Below are positions 1-64,000 of a stretch of DNA of 64,000 bases, piece by piece. The notes beneath the pieces are model-generated. The model ran no database searches, was not told where the DNA came from, and saw only the letters and a program-made list of their open reading frames with translations. How positions within the stretch are numbered: the first letter of the stretch is position 1; every line of letters begins with the position of its first letter. Source of the DNA: Eledone cirrhosa (taxonomy: Eukaryota); the NCBI GenBank assembly GCA_964016885.1, contig OZ024755.1:9548001-9612000 (forward strand), in the 5' to 3' direction. The translations under genes and the position numbers were made by a program.

Positions 1-35559
<35,559 letters not shown>

Positions 35560-36509
35560 TTGGTCATTTATACAATGTCCAGTTTTTCAATAGATGTATT
35601 TTTTAGCCGATATATTTACTCTTGGATCTGTCGTGCAACTAAATTAACAATGTTCAGTGACACTTTTGTTGTTGTTGTTCTAGTCGCCTCGTCTTATTCA
35701 TTTGTTTTGTTTTGTTTTCTACGTGTTTTGCTCGCTTAATGGAAGTGTATGTGCGGTGTGTGTGTTTTATTTCTTTGTTATTTTTATTTTTGCAATTATT
35801 CTTAGTAAGTTTATAATCACAAAAGACTTCTTTGTGACTGGCACAAAGAAGTTAATTTATAAACTTATCCTCTCATGTGACGTTCTTGAACAAACGAGCT
35901 AATTAATTTTGAATTCCTTATCACACTGATTAATGTCGAATACTATGCAATTAAACTTGAAGATATTATCTTTGGAATAGATATATGTGACAATTAAACG
36001 ATGCATATTTTTTTATCCTTCATGCAGCTAATAAGAATTATTGTGACCTAAACCATTAACAATGACAAAAACCATTGCAAATGTTGAGTGATTTAAGACC
36101 TTTCGTTAGCACAGTTTCGATATCCGACTGAAGACATCTGATTTCATTTAAAGTCCATATACCATTTGAGAAAGTACACACCGACCAAATAAATCATTTT
36201 TCTCACCTATAAGTAATCGTAGGTCAAAAGAAATTCATACTAAGGACAGTTGGGTTAGGATACCTGAGAAAGTTGAACACTGAACTGAATATCTTAAAAT
36301 ACAGATTTGAATCTCTCTTAAAGTTCGCCATGATTACACTTTCGGTATCAGAATAACAAATAATAAATAAATAATAAATATTTGTTAAACGAAACATTTC
36401 ACATAATTTGGTGATCCTCCGTTTTAGGTCTAGACAATGTAAACAATGATTTAGGTAGTTCTAACGCCAGAATCGTATGTTTTTATCTTTGTGGTCGCCA
36501 AAGGGCCAT

Positions 36510-36908
36510 ATATATACTACTAAAACTCTGTGGTTGCTTGCTTGTCTGTAATGTAATACAGCCAAAAGGGCGCATAATGGGAAAATACTTTGAAAGAAAG
36601 TCGACCCTGAAATGGAAAATACAAATTCAATTCGGAGCACGGGTTCCCGAGATATGGGGCTTTTTGGGTACCTTCGTAAATAGACAAGACGGTGCATAAT
36701 CGGAAAATACTCCGAAAGTAACATAACGCCGCCATCTTCATAAATAGCCAAAACGGTGCATAGTGGGGAAATACTCTGAATGTAATATAACACTGAATTG
36801 GGAATACAAACGGAAAACAAGCTTCGCGTAAATCGTAAATCCTGAGATACGCGGTTTTTTTCGGATACCTTGAACTATTGGTGACCCAACGCATCACGAG
36901 TAGTCTAG
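36510..36908 (+). mobile_element. Helitron-like element about 1 kb upstream of the CUBN start
   Basis: 5' tatatactactaaaact...gcttgtctgt, internal degenerate repeats, 3' gcatcacgagtagtCTAG|T. Confidence 0.5.
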
Positions 36909-39155
36909 TGTATGTATATATATATATATAATTCAAATTAATAGAATTATTGTTGCTCTGGACAAATGTCCATAGAGCTTTTCTATTTAGAAGCACAAAT
37001 ATCAAACAATTGATATGTAGCAAGGTTGTTTCATTGAACTGCAGTACTGCTGCCACATCTGGTACATTACTGTTAACAAATCTAGTATGGTACTGCTGCC
37101 ACATCTGGTATGGTAATGTTCCCACATCTGAGATAGTACTGTTCCCACATCTGGGATATTACTGCTCTAACATTTTGGACAGTATTGCTGCTACATACAA
37201 ACATCCTAGACCACATCCAGAAACAAAAGGTGCTCATCTAATTGACATAAAGCCAGAAACAGACACACTCCATATATCCCATCTCCTCTCTGTTGCTTGT
37301 TACTATTGCACCTACAATGGCCTCTGTTCTGTCCCCTCTGGTTGACCTCGTATCACCTCTTATGAAGCATATCCATTTCACTTGTCTCTCTTCCTCTCAT
37401 CATACATTTTCTGTCATTCACCCAACCCCAGGTTCCACACTAACCACTTTACCAATTCCTTCCTCCCCAGAATGTTATCCTCCTGGAACAATATAAACTG
37501 AACATTAACAGTATCAATCTCATCATTCACAAAGGGCCTGCAAAGGACACAAACACCCCCTTCCCCAACACACTTAAATAAAAAACAAAAAAAAATATGT
37601 TAGTTCTTATATCATTTCCACACTTGTCTTAGGCACATAATACACAACTATCCTTAATATGTTATCTCTAACGGCAATTAAAAGAATTGGGTTATAGTAA
37701 TTATGAACCCTATGGCGCTGTCATCAAGTTGTATAAGCATGAGTTTTTATGAAACGGTGAGATTGTTATATATGTAATGATAAAGTAGATACGTGTAACT
37801 AACCATAGTTAATGTTTGTAAGTAGCAACAAACAATTTAGAAAATTAGTATAATAACTAAATCTCTTCTTTAACCCTTTAGCATTTAAACCAGCCATATC
37901 TGGCCAGAATTGTCTTACCTCTTTCTGTTCAAACTGACTGTAACTGGCCATTCATACCAATGTTTAGGCATTGTTCTCAAAATAAATATCAAAATCTCAG
38001 ATTCGATACTATGTGAAATAATAACGTGAAGCAAAGCCTTTACCATGAAAATACAATAGTAAATATAGAATAATTTAAATGCTAAACGGTTAACTCTTAA
38101 TATCTTATAATGAATTAGCAGAAAAGATCTAAAAACGAGTTTGAATATTCAAATGTTTATGGTAGCTTTGCTATTGGACAGATTGTTGTGAAAATTTGTA
38201 GTAAAGTAAAATAAAGATTATAATTTTTAATGTGATACAGTCTTCTCTCTTGCACACCATTTCGGATTCTTCTTAAACCCAGTTTCTCCCTCGGTTCATC
38301 CAAGCTCTGCCTTTCTCTCACAGTATCTCATTAAAAATTAAAATGTTTATTATAATAGTGAAAATCTTCACAATATGTCCACTAGTAAAGATACTATAAA
38401 CATTTGGATTAACTCACCAGTATTTTTTTTTTTTTTTGCTAAAGCATAAGTTAAGAGATATAATGCTTGTTATAATCTATTTTTATTGTATGTTTACATT
38501 AGCTGTTCTTCATGTCACTACCTCATCCTGTCTTCCTGTGCAAGCCTAATCCATGACTTTCCACCAGAGATTTCTCTGTACTTCTTTGCACAGCTGTCAT
38601 CTTGTATACATATCACATGACCATACCAAATTATATCTGATTTTTCTTATATCAAGTTCTTTTCTCGACTCATACACACATATTTTTAGGCATATGTATA
38701 TATGGAAATTTGGACAATAAAAATATCTATTTATCTGTATGTCATTCTGTGCCATGTATTCGGTAATAAACAAGTACATTGTATCCCTGCAAATCATCAG
38801 GAAGGGCATCTAACTGTAAAACATTTCTTCAATCAGGACCCCATGATAATTATGATTAAGCCAGTCACAAGGCTCACATGGTAGCTGCAAGCCTACCACA
38901 TTTAAATGTTAATAAACCATGATAAAAAGTACCCAGTCCATGTTGTAATGTGGTTGGCATTAAGAAGGGCATCCAGTTGTAAAAATATAGCCAAAAACAG
39001 TTCTGTATGAACAAGACATGGTCACCTGATCTGACTTGTCTTGTAACATAACCCATTTAACCAATGCATACATAAAAAATAGACATTAAACAGTGAAGAT
39101 AATAAAAATATCAAAAATGAAAAAAAAACAGCCAGAAAATTCAGAGCATTATTGC

Positions 39156-39161
39156 TTTATT
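39156..39161 (-). promoter_or_regulatory. Candidate CDV3 polyadenylation signal
   Basis: AATAAA on the minus strand about 760 nt after the stop, followed by a T-rich tract; a second AATAAA lies near 39306. Confidence 0.35.
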
Positions 39162-39430
39162 TTATACATTTCAACTGTTGCATCAAAGTTTCTCAGATTA
39201 TAACAAAGAACTTAACTTTTTATGTGATATCTGTTTTGTATGTGAATGTGTGTGTAAGTACAGATGTGTATGCGTTACTTGTATGTGGGGTGTTTATAAC
39301 AAACGTTTATTTTCCATAAGTAATTGACTGGGGAAAAAAAAAAAAGGATTATGAAAAAAAAGCTGTAACATTAATTTCATTTCATTGAGCTAGTTAATAC
39401 TAAAACAGAGATAAAATCATATTTTCATAG

Positions 39431-39474
<44 letters not shown>

Positions 39475-39921
39475 AATGTCAGTTGTCACCTTGACTGTTG
39501 TGTTTGTTGTTCTGTATTGCATGTATATTGTTTAAGTTGGCACACAAAAATGTGTGCATCTATATTTTTTTGGCATGTTTGTTAAAGAGATAAAAACAAC
39601 CTTCTCGAGATGTCCTCCACCGAGAAAAGAAGTGAACAAAAATGCAACAAGATATTCCCAGTGTAAAGAAGCAATGGCAAGTAGACCGTGAATTGATAAT
39701 GCTATCTGTCATGCTAGGACTGGTGTATGGAAGGTATCACAGGCAACAGCAGCTCATTGGTTTCCAAGATAATAAGGACTTAGACAGCTTTAGGCATCTT
39801 TTAAAAACTCATTAAAGTCCATCAGAATTTTTTCCTTGGTTATAGCAATTTTTTTTTAATATTTTAATTACAAACTAAGCTGCTCAGTCCCTGCCCTGGC
39901 AATGTTCAATATGGTTCAGTT

Positions 39922-57152
<17,231 letters not shown>

Positions 57153-58109
57153 GTTGAATGAGGTGGAAGATGGGATTTAGAAAAATAGTTAAACAATGAC
57201 GAGAGAGTAAGCAGGAGTAAATACTGTATTGTTCTGAGTGTTGGCACGCTAGAAGAATAGGTAAGTTTTAAAAAACTGTGAATGGTAATACGTAGAAGCG
57301 GCAGTTAATGTTCAGCTCCGACTTGAGTCTTATCTCGGGATGGCGGATCCGGATGTTGTCTGGTGCGGAGCTGCAATAAAAATTTGAGAACTCTTGTGTA
57401 AGCAGAATTACAAAATGAAAGTACAGCACCCCTAGTTCGTTTTTTTTTTTTTTTTTAATGTCCTATATATTTCTTTCTCTCTTTAAATTACTGACTGGTG
57501 TGTGCAGTATACATATGTGGTATAAATAAATATTCAACATTGTTGTACGTTTGATATTTTTCTCAAATAATAAAGTAATATCTACAGTTGTTTGTAGTAT
57601 ATTCCATGTGTTTGTTAGTACTGCTGATTTTTTTTTTTAAATATGTCCTACACACCTCTCTACCTCTCTCTGTATGAATGAGCGAATCAATGTATGAGAG
57701 TATGTGTGTGTACATACGTGGTATAAATACATATTAACATTGTTCTTTTTTTTTATTTAATAACTAGTGAGGTCGAGATATCAAAATTGATGGCGTTTCA
57801 AATATTTATTAAAAGTTATTTCTATACATGGACATATTCCGATGAATGGAGGGAGGGGGGTGACTACGGAGTTTAATATTAAGTCTAGTTGCTTTTGTTT
57901 ATATTTGATATTTGAATCAAATATTTATTGAGTTTAAAGCTGAGTCTAGTTACTTTTGTTTATATGTGAATCAAATACTTCTGGTTATTTTAACCAAAGT
58001 ATAAAGTTAACAATCTAGTCCTGTTAAAGAAGTGCTTCGCCGTGCCAAAAGCTTCTATATACATTTTCTCGGTGCCCCTTGCTACAGCCACGTATTTCTC
58101 CTCACAGAC

Positions 58110-58695
58110 ATTGATGTCTGTATCCGACGGGCTGCTAAGATATGCAACGTCCCGTTTGATGACCTCGGATAGCAACAGGCCACCTTACCCGTCAGATATG
58201 GTGACCTCGGTCTCCGGTCACACTGGCCCTGTCGGCATTTCTTTCGTCGGTGACCTCATCAACAGGGTTCTCCACAACACAACTGAACTTACTGTGATAG
58301 GGGAATGCAAGGCAGCCTTCGCGACATGGAACCAGTTCGGCCTCCGCCCCATCCGTAGACGTTCAGTACCTAAACAACTGGGACACCGCCCAAGGCAACA
58401 TGACCTCAAACAAATTGGTGAACCAGCTTGACCAGCACCGTCTGGTATGTTTTCAGTCTACCTCCCAATCCCACAGGGATGCCTAGCTTGACGTTGTACC
58501 ATCATTCATGACTGGCACTCAACTGGACAGTGACTGTCTGTGCATCGGTGTTACTCTGGGGCCCAGTCTCTGGATCTGTGAGCCTCATAAATGCCACTGC
58601 AGATTACTTCGGTCTCCACCCAGTCATGTCGTTATAGTGCTGGCCGGCTTCCACATTCATGCTGCTCTCAACAAGATCATAAAGCATGGCTTCCT
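58110..58695 (+). mobile_element. Degraded CRE-like (restriction-like endonuclease) non-LTR retrotransposon fragment
   Basis: Across frames: QATLPVRYGDLGLRS, A*LDVVPS..GTQLD...ICEPHKCHC, SCRYSAGRLP, HAALNKIIK. Confidence 0.65.
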
Positions 58696-58859
58696 ATGAT
58701 TCATCAGCAGACGAGGCTCTGTGTGGTCACTTTGACCGCTAGAAATAGCAGCCAAATATTAACGCCACAAAATGATTCATCTGCAGACGAGCCTCTATGT
58801 GGTCACTTTGACCGCTAGAAATAGCAGCCAAATATTAACGCCACAAATTGATTCATCAG
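58696..58859. repeat. 76-bp tandem duplication (2 units plus a partial)
   Basis: tgattcatc recurs at about 58697, 58773 and 58849. Confidence 0.9.
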
Positions 58860-59863
58860 TAGAGTTTTACAGTTTAGCCTAGGGTTGTAGAGATTTACAA
58901 TTTAGCCTAGGGTTGTAGAGATTTATAGTTTTGCCTAGGGTTGTAGAGATTTACAATTTAGTCTGGGGTTGTAGAGATTTGCCTACGGTTGTAGATATTT
59001 ACAGTTTAGCCCAGGGTTGTATAGACTAACAGTTTAGTCCAGGGTTGTATAGTTCTACAGTTTAGCCTAAGGTTGTAGAGATTTACAATTTAGCCTAGGG
59101 TTGTAGAGATTTACAGTTTTGCCTACGTTTGTAGATATTCACAGTTTAGCCCACGGTTGTAGAGATTTACAGTTTAGCCCACGGTTGTAGAGATTTACAG
59201 TTTAGCGAGGGTTGTAGAGATTAACACTTTAGCGTAGGGTTGTAGAGATTTACAGTTTAGCCTAAGGTTGTAGAGGTTTACAGTTTAGCCTAGGTTGTCG
59301 AGGTCAACAGTTTTGCCTCAGTGAAATGGGCAATAATTGTAGACTAACAGTTTTCCGTAAGGTTGTAGAGACCAACAGTTTAGCCGAGGGTTGAAAAGAC
59401 TAACAGTTTAGTCCAGGGTTGTAGAGATTTACAGTTTAGCCCAGGGTTGTATAGACTAACAGTTTAGTCCAGGGTTGTAGAGTTTTACAGTTTAGCCTAA
59501 GGTTGTAGAGATTTACAATTTAGCCTAGGGTTGTAGAGATTTACAATTTACCCTAGGGTTGTAGAGATTTATAGTTTTGCCTAGGGTTGTAGAGATTTAC
59601 AATTTAGCCTAGGGTTGTAGAGATGTTCAATTTAGCCTAGGGTTGTAGAGATTTACAGTTTAGCCTAAGGTTGTAGAGATTTACAGTTTAGCCTAAGGTT
59701 GTAGAGATTTACAATTTAGCCTAGGGTTGTAGAGATTTACAATTTAGCCTGTGGTTGTAGAGATTTGCAATTTAGCCTAGGGTTGTAGAGATTTACAATT
59801 TAGCCTAGGGTTGTAGAGATTTACAATTTAGCCTATGGTTGTAGAGATTTTAGCTTTAGCCTA
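58859..59863. repeat. 28-bp minisatellite, about 36 units
   Basis: Unit gtagagatttaca(g/a)tttagcctagggtt. Confidence 0.95.
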
Positions 59864-59865
59864 GA

Positions 59866-60353
59866 CATTAGAGGTTATGCTGGTGTTCAGTGGGAGCAGC
59901 TCATGGTGGATGACACCTTTTCAGTCTCGCCAGATGCTCAGTAGGGCCTTGCAAGTATAGAGGTCAGCCTTTGCTTGCCATTGTAGCGCACTCTCTTTAT
60001 CAATCCATGATCACCATTCTTCAAGGCTGTAATTACAGGAATGGAAGCATACAAACCAGTCTCTGGCACCGCATTCAGACATGGTGAGTGACCCAAATGC
60101 ATTGGTAATGTGAAGACTCAGTGCTGGTGTGCTTAGTCTAAATTTGAAGTCATAAAGTAAACAGCCACAAATGAATGATTTGGATAGATCCATGTTGCTC
60201 CCCTTAGACAGTGTAACAGAATATTAAAAATACACTTAATGCATACCAACGTCACTTCTTATATATGTTTGCATGCGCAAACGTCGACATTTCCAGAAAA
60301 CTCTACTAAATACCTCCTTTTGAAAAACAGTGGGCACTTTCTGTTCAACCCAA
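59866..60353 (-). mobile_element. Internally deleted mariner transposon remnant
   Basis: TA then ttgggttgaacagaaagt TIR-like end. ORF MDLSKSFICGCLLYDF...WFVCFHSCNYSLEE (mariner HTH-like) joins KALLSIWRD*KGVIHHELLP (catalytic-domain-like). Confidence 0.75.
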
Positions 60354-61376
60354 TATACTCCATAATCCATGCTAGCATGGAAAAATGAACATTAAACGGT
60401 GATGATGATAGTATTGCAGCCTTGATTTTTCTTTCTTTTCTGTTTTTTAAATCTCCTACACACCTGTATATGAACGAGTATCTACATGCTATGACTGAAT
60501 AAACATTGTCCTATTGCTTGTGTGATATTCATTCCTGTTGCTATGCAGTTTCTTTGGTTTAATGTTTAGTAAGAAAAGTTTTTGAAATATTTAGTTATGA
60601 GAATCTTTCACAGCAGATATCAAAATAATAAAAAAAAAATATATATCTCCAATTCAGTGGTTAGAGTTATGGTTAGGATTGCAATCTTAGAAGTAATTAT
60701 ATCATGGAAGAGTCATTTTAGCATGTATCAGTCACTCTCCAATAGGTTTGTGATTGAACCTGTATCAGTGTTTTTGTCCCCTGGGCCATACCCCTACTCA
60801 CTACTATCAGGGCGGAGTTGGCCACTTGCAGGAACGAGCTCCCATGAGTTGGAATGACTATTCCAACGTGTCTCCCTTGCCATCCTCCGGAGCAACACTT
60901 TCTCACTTCTGTCAGCTGGGGCCACTAGGTGACCTACACAGAGGCTGTCGCACTCAGCCTAGGCTCACATCACTGAGATAGCGATGTTAGGTGCTTTTGA
61001 AAAGAAAAGTGTCCTGTTTTTTCTGCCTTCGAAAGACATCAGTAAATCATTTTCAAATTTCTGTATGGGTAGATGATTCAAATGTAGCATCAAGTATGAA
61101 CGAATTGTGGTGTAAAATTTATAGAATTATTTACAACCTTCGTCGCTGAATCAACTTTATAGAAACAAACATTCTTCTCCGTCTAGCCTATATAAGTTAT
61201 CAAAATATTAAAATTAATACAACTATAATTAGAAAATACCTCCTTTCCTCTTACTGCTTCTCTTCCTTTTTATATTTACGCCCTCTGTCGGAGTTTATAC
61301 ATTTAAGAAGCTATTGTTTTATAACAAAAAATACATCGATTATTTAATGTAATTGATTATAAAATATTGGTAAGCT

Positions 61377-63502
61377 ATGTCAACAAAACCATCTCGTACC
61401 GCTGCACCACCTCCTGTACCTAAAAGAGGTAACTTGCTTTTAATTTTAATTGTTCCACCTACATTCCAGAAACGGTGCAATGTCATATGATAATATATTG
61501 GGGTCAGCGGCCGATGTTTCTGGTCATTATTTTCTCTATGAATTCATGAATTTCATTTTCATGATTTCTAATTAAAATTTCATAGTGTCCATAATTAGCG
61601 AAAGCACCAACACAGCGTGGCTCAGAATAAAGTTGCATGTATATGAATCCATATACGATATGTTTGTGTATAATAAACAAAACAGCTGTAGTAGCTGTGA
61701 TATAAGCACACCTTAAAAAGCTCACATCGAGCTAATATGTATGTTTATTATATATAAATATAGTGTATATGCATCCATTATACGCTTTTATTTTATGTTC
61801 ATTTTATAATATTAACGAATTCATTAAGAATATAATTTACAAAAGAAACTTGTATAGTTCTGAATGTTGTTACATTACTAATTGTTGCAGCAACCTCGTT
61901 GAATGTGTATATATGTGTGATTATGACACACAAATGTCCGATGTTAACTTTTACTAATATTTATTTATCTTCAATAGCTATAATTATTTTGTTATCAACA
62001 TTAATTTCATATATATTTTTAAACACTATTTAAAGGGATGTTTTCTGTAAACATCGATTCCCATACATTAAAATCAAACACGTAAACTTTTATATCGTAA
62101 GATGGACATTAACTAGTTTACTGTCTCCATCCCTCGACCTTCTTTTTTTATAACTTCCTTAATGACATTCTATTTTATTTATTCATTTTGCTAATTATAG
62201 TTGTAGAAATGACATTACGTTCCTGTTGGAATTCTATGATATCCCGATTAATATTATTTATTATAAACATAATAATTCAAGGCAATTTTCAAATTAGGCG
62301 TACCATTCAGAAAGCCAAACGGGCCACAGTTTGCCCATGACTAGTGTGTAAAGTGGACGTAGCATCGCCCAATTGTTAAGCAGTTAACTTCGTAAGGACT
62401 CAAGTTCGATCCTACTGCTTGACATCTTAGGCAAGTGTCATTTACCATAACTTCAAGTAACCCATATCTTGTATGTGAAACTAGATAGACGGAAACTGTT
62501 TGAAAGTCCATCAGATTGACTATACACGTAATTCAAAGGGCCAGCTTTGTCACACACTATGTCACACTGCCTCTCTCTAAGAATTACATTATGGGTTCAC
62601 ATGTCTGTGGAATGCTCAGCCACTTACGCGTTAATTTCACTGACAGGCCATTTCGTTGATCTAATAACCGGAACACTCATCGTCAAAATTTGTTCTAAAT
62701 TTGACAGGAAAATGGTAATTTGATATGTGCCTCCTACCTTTCTTCTGTGCACTTTTGACAAGATGTTGAAGTAGTCGAAGCTACAGCTATCTATACGTAT
62801 CAATCGTCAGACAATAAATGCATCTGTCTGTCTATATGTCTATTTAGCTAACTATCTGTCTATCCCTCTGTCTTCATCTATCTATTTAACTATCTATCTT
62901 TCTATTTCTCTTTCCATTTATCTACCTACCTCTCTATATGTCTGACTGTCAATCTATAGTTATCTATGTATATTTACCAATGTATCTATCTTGGACAAGA
63001 ACAACACTAACAACAACAATGCCAAAATCCCAATAGCAGTCAGGAGATAGATAGAACAAAGTCATTGTAATATAGTTGTTATATGTTTGATAATGATTAA
63101 AGAAAATGTGGAAGAAAATTAGTTTTACAATTAGTTTTGATAGTCAGTTGCTATAAAATAGCTTAAAAATCAAGGAAAAAAGGTTTCATAGATGGAAAAA
63201 AGGTTACCAATGACTACTACAAGGAATTGAACCTCATATCCTGCAGCTTCTAGCAATTAGTTTCCATCTATAAGGTGTCTTTACCTGATTTTCTAAGCTA
63301 TTTATAACAACTGACTGTATCTACAATTATTTTGTGTGTCTGAACATACTGTATTTTTTTATCTCTCAGTGCATCGAAAATCCAAACTTTGCATATGATG
63401 ATATTTCGTTTTTACTGTGGACTGTATTATTAGCATTGTTTTATATTGTTTACAGGACATGTTAAAGTGGTCCGTGCAATTTACAACTACACAGCACAAA
63501 GG
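61377..63502 (+). CDS. OSTF1: Probable osteoclast-stimulating factor 1 (SH3-ankyrin), coding exons 1 (61377-61428) and 2 (63456-63502); continues beyond right edge
   Basis: Spliced MSTKPSRTAAPPPVPKR-G-HVKVVRAIYNYTAQR: Pro-rich leader then the SH3 first strand, like vertebrate [21 protein letters not shown]. Phase-1 gtaac/tacag junction, then gtaagt donor. Confidence 0.75.
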
Positions 63503-63760
63503 GTAAGTATATTTAGTATATCATCATCATCATCGTTTAATGTCCATCTTCCACACTAGCATGGGTTAGACGGGTTTGTCCCACTTGAGACAAGATTGGT
63601 CAGGTGACCGTGTCTCGATCGTATAGAATTGTTTCTGGCTGGTTTTCTACAGCTGGAAGCTCTTCCTAACGCCAACCACATTTACAGTGTATATGTATAT
63701 ATTTTAATAAATAAATATATATATATATATAGTTTAGAGTTTATAATATATATATAGTTT

Positions 63761-64000
63761 AGAGTTTAGCGTAAAAGTTGGTGTTCATCGGGGCTCCGTT
63801 CTTAGCCCCCTACTATTTATTATTGCCCTTCAGGCTATAACAGTGGAGTTCAAGACCGGCTGCCCATGGGAACTCCTATACACAGATGATGTAACGCTCA
63901 TAGCTGAATCAATGGCTGAACTAGAGAAGAAATTCCAAACATGGAAGCATGGCCTAGAATCAAAAGGCCTTAAAATTAACCTGTCTAAGACTAAAGTTCT
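63761..64000 (+). mobile_element. RTE LINE RT fragment (same family), runs off right edge
   Basis: Near-identical to 45320-45558; reads WELLYTDDVTLIAES...GLKINLSKTKV. Confidence 0.92.

Noticed and set aside
36461-37345. ORFs of 119-201 aa upstream of CUBN
   Set aside because: Overlap a Helitron-like element and short tandem repeats, with no recognisable domain or exon structure.

Overview
AT-rich, repeat-dense, intron-rich animal genomic DNA. The repeat types suggest a mollusc, probably an octopus (inference). Most ORFs in the six-frame track are artefacts of microsatellites or repeat remnants. Three spliced genes could be rebuilt by hand, all with GT..AG introns and consistent codon phase. 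(1) The 5' part of cubilin (CUBN; minus strand, ATG at 35559, 26 exons, about 1177 codons in the window): signal peptide, RKKR furin site, N-terminal amnionless-binding-like segment, an unusually long coiled-coil linker, 8 EGF domains and CUB1 to the start of CUB6, running off the left edge. (2) A complete 5-exon CDV3 homolog (minus strand, 57152-39922, 235 aa). (3) The first two coding exons of a probable OSTF1 (plus strand, from 61377), divergent from CDV3. The introns and spacer hold young RTE LINE fragments, CR1/L2-like and CRE-like remnants, a deleted mariner, piggyBac-, mariner- and pogo-type MITEs, Helitron-like elements, tRNA-derived SINEs (some as tandem multimers) and mini/microsatellites, including a 3.35 kb (TA/CA) tract. 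The least explained signal is a set of foldback (inverted-repeat) elements, including a ~180 bp-arm near-perfect palindrome and a family with an internal tRNA-like core. I see no clear new multi-gene system; the findings are hypotheses to test.
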